A stretch of 63,602 nt of DNA, counting the filler, from Olpidium bornovanus S191 (Eukaryota; Fungi; Olpidiomycota), in the NCBI GenBank assembly GCA_017911155.1. It is 29 parts of 29 records of this genome, joined end to end, with 100 filler letters (N's around TTAATTAATTAA, not from the genome) between each part and the next. Parts side by side here need not be neighbours in the genome. Positions count along the whole stretch, not along the records: positions 60,290 to 62,171 come from JAEFCI010011358.1; positions 62,272 to 63,602 come from JAEFCI010003579.1; 27 more parts are not named here. One strand, written 5' to 3'. The translations under genes were made by a program, and so were the position numbers. Every line of letters starts with the position of its first letter. Within the stretch, counting starts at the first letter, position 1. Shown in pieces: positions 62,049-63,602 of this stretch. The notes under the pieces are model-generated. The model saw only the letters and a list, made by a program, of their open reading frames with translations, made no database searches and was not told the DNA's origin.

Positions 62049-62396
62049 GGGATTCCGGTTGGAACCCCGGGCGTAAACACCCCGGGGGCCCCGGGACAAA
62101 AATTTTCCCCCGGCCGGAAACAAAACCCTCCCTCCCGGGGCCCTCCCCCCACCCCCCCACAAACAAAAACCNNNNNNNNNNNNNNNNNNNNNNNNNNNNN
62201 NNNNNNNNNNNNNNNTTAATTAATTAANNNNNNNNNNNNNNNNNNNNNNNNNNNNNNNNNNNNNNNNNNNNACATGACTTTTCAACAGCAATAACGATCG
62301 CGGTCACGATCCAAAAAGCGATCAGCCCACACATTGTCCAGGCGCAATACTTTGAGAAACGGGATCTTGGCCACCGATTCTGCCGCAAACAGCAGA

Positions 62397-63053
62397 TCAG
62401 GGGGGCATTTGCAAGTCAGCGAACCCCCTGAAGCATAATTGGAAAACTTCCGCCCATTTATCAACCTCCGATCGCCATCCTTGCTCCTCATCTCCTTGGA
62501 TGTCGTTCCACGGTTGTCGATTATCATTAGCTTCTTCTTCCCAATATTCAAGCTCGCGTGTGACGTCATCGTCGCCGAGAATACGACGGTCACTGGACTT
62601 CCGTAGTAATTGCTCCCGCCAGCTGTCGTGGGATTTCCGTCCGCGTCCTTCGCCGCGTCGGTCAGAACTGGCGGCACGGTGCAATTCTTCTCCGAACAAT
62701 ACGTCCCCGACCGGTGGAGCAGTATCCGGCCGAGCATTTGGGTCGCTCACGAAAAAATCGAATTTGGTTTCGCCGCTCACGACCACCTCGGGCGTTAGGT
62801 GCCTCGCGTCCACGGTTTGTGGACAGGTCTCATCTGCACTAGCCCTCTGCGAAGCACGAGGTTTAAGAGCCGTCGAAGAACTCCGCGGCAAGCTAAAATC
62901 CGTCATAGGGAACGCTGGGTCAGAAGACTCGTTGAGTTTGTGGTACGGCTGGTTTTTCATGGCGCGACGCTCCGGCGTCACAGATTGCCCAGGTGATATG
63001 AACAGCCAAAGGCGGGCACGGTGTGAAGACGGCGAGTTTGGCGAGGACGCCAA
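62397..63053 (-). CDS. Hypothetical protein fragment
   Basis: 218-codon ORF with protein-like composition and a Trp/acidic C-terminal segment. No family recognised; overlapping plus-strand ORFs compete with it. Confidence 0.25.
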   Translation of the reverse strand: MASSPNSPSSHRARLWLFISPGQSVTPERRAMKNQPYHKLNESSDPAFPMTDFSLPRSSSTALKPRASQRASADETCPQTVDARHLTPEVVVSGETKFDFFVSDPNARPDTAPPVGDVLFGEELHRAASSDRRGEGRGRKSHDSWREQLLRKSSDRRILGDDDVTRELEYWEEEANDNRQPWNDIQGDEEQGWRSEVDKWAEVFQLCFRGFADLQMPP

Positions 63054-63602
63054 AACGGGACTCGCGCAGGTTGCTTGCGTCTCGACTTTGCAGTTCCAAG
63101 TGGAAGGCCGTGCAGCAGCAGTTGGGCGTGCACGACCGAAAGGCAGCCGGATCGCAACGTCTGCTCCGCTTTGGATGTTTCGTCTGGGAACCGAGCTCGG
63201 AATGTTTCGTGTGGAAACCGAACCGGCCCGAGTCGAAACTTGAAGGCTGCGCTGCAGAGGAACCGCGGCGGCCCAAATGCCAAACAGGCGAGGCGTTCAG
63301 GAGTTTCTACAACGCTGTCAGAGAGACCTTCGCGGCGTTTGACGAGGAAGAAGTCTGTCCCAAGCCAAGCGGGCGCCACGCGCAGCGAGTGCCGCAGTGT
63401 GCTAAAACGCGAGATCAGCCCAAAAAGGAGAAAAAAATTTGAGGACAAGCAGCTTTCTCGCGCCTCAAACTCCCTAGCCGCTCAAACTCTGCATGAGAAA
63501 TGCGCATTACGTGCAGTCAGGGTGAATGCCTATGGTCATCGCGCAGGGGCGAGGGAGAGGCACCGAACATCAGGGCTGCTCAAATTTCAGCTTTCAACAG
63601 CA

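Noticed and set aside
63023-63442. Plus-strand 139-aa ORF as a gene
   Set aside because: No ATG start, no recognisable motif, and it overlaps competing ORFs.

Overview
This is not a contiguous locus. It is 29 short contigs (about 1-5 kb each) joined by 28 identical 100-bp artificial spacers (44 N + TTAATTAATTAA + 44 N), so adjacency across spacers has no biological meaning. The DNA is eukaryotic, intron-rich (GT...AG) and mostly GC-rich. The gene content points to a zoosporic (flagellated) fungus: fungal-type HIS6, SEC66, Byr4/Bfa1 and His-rich UreG occur together with the cilium/centriole-linked genes CLUAP1/IFT38, androglobin, NOXRED1 and a WDR62/MAPKBP1-like C-terminus. Most genes are partial, cut by contig ends. 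Other housekeeping genes seen are PEX6, a class I HDAC, a bZIP factor, a GNL3/Nug1 N-terminus, BRX1, CDC55, MCAD, NOT2, a G3BP/Nxt3-like gene, a SET methyltransferase, a STIMATE-family gene, TOA2 and a ZIP transporter. The most unusual items are: (1) an AT-rich UL9/origin-binding-helicase-like fragment fused to an 11-copy GATCGAAG array that starts in a GTCACGTGATC motif; (2) two related gag pseudogenes sharing a YxxxGGxMxL signature; (3) a tRNA-like Pol III unit with a GGG anticodon directly upstream of a disrupted ORF; and (4) an apparently GTPase-less GNL3/Nug1 gene. All family assignments come from remembered motifs; no database search was run.
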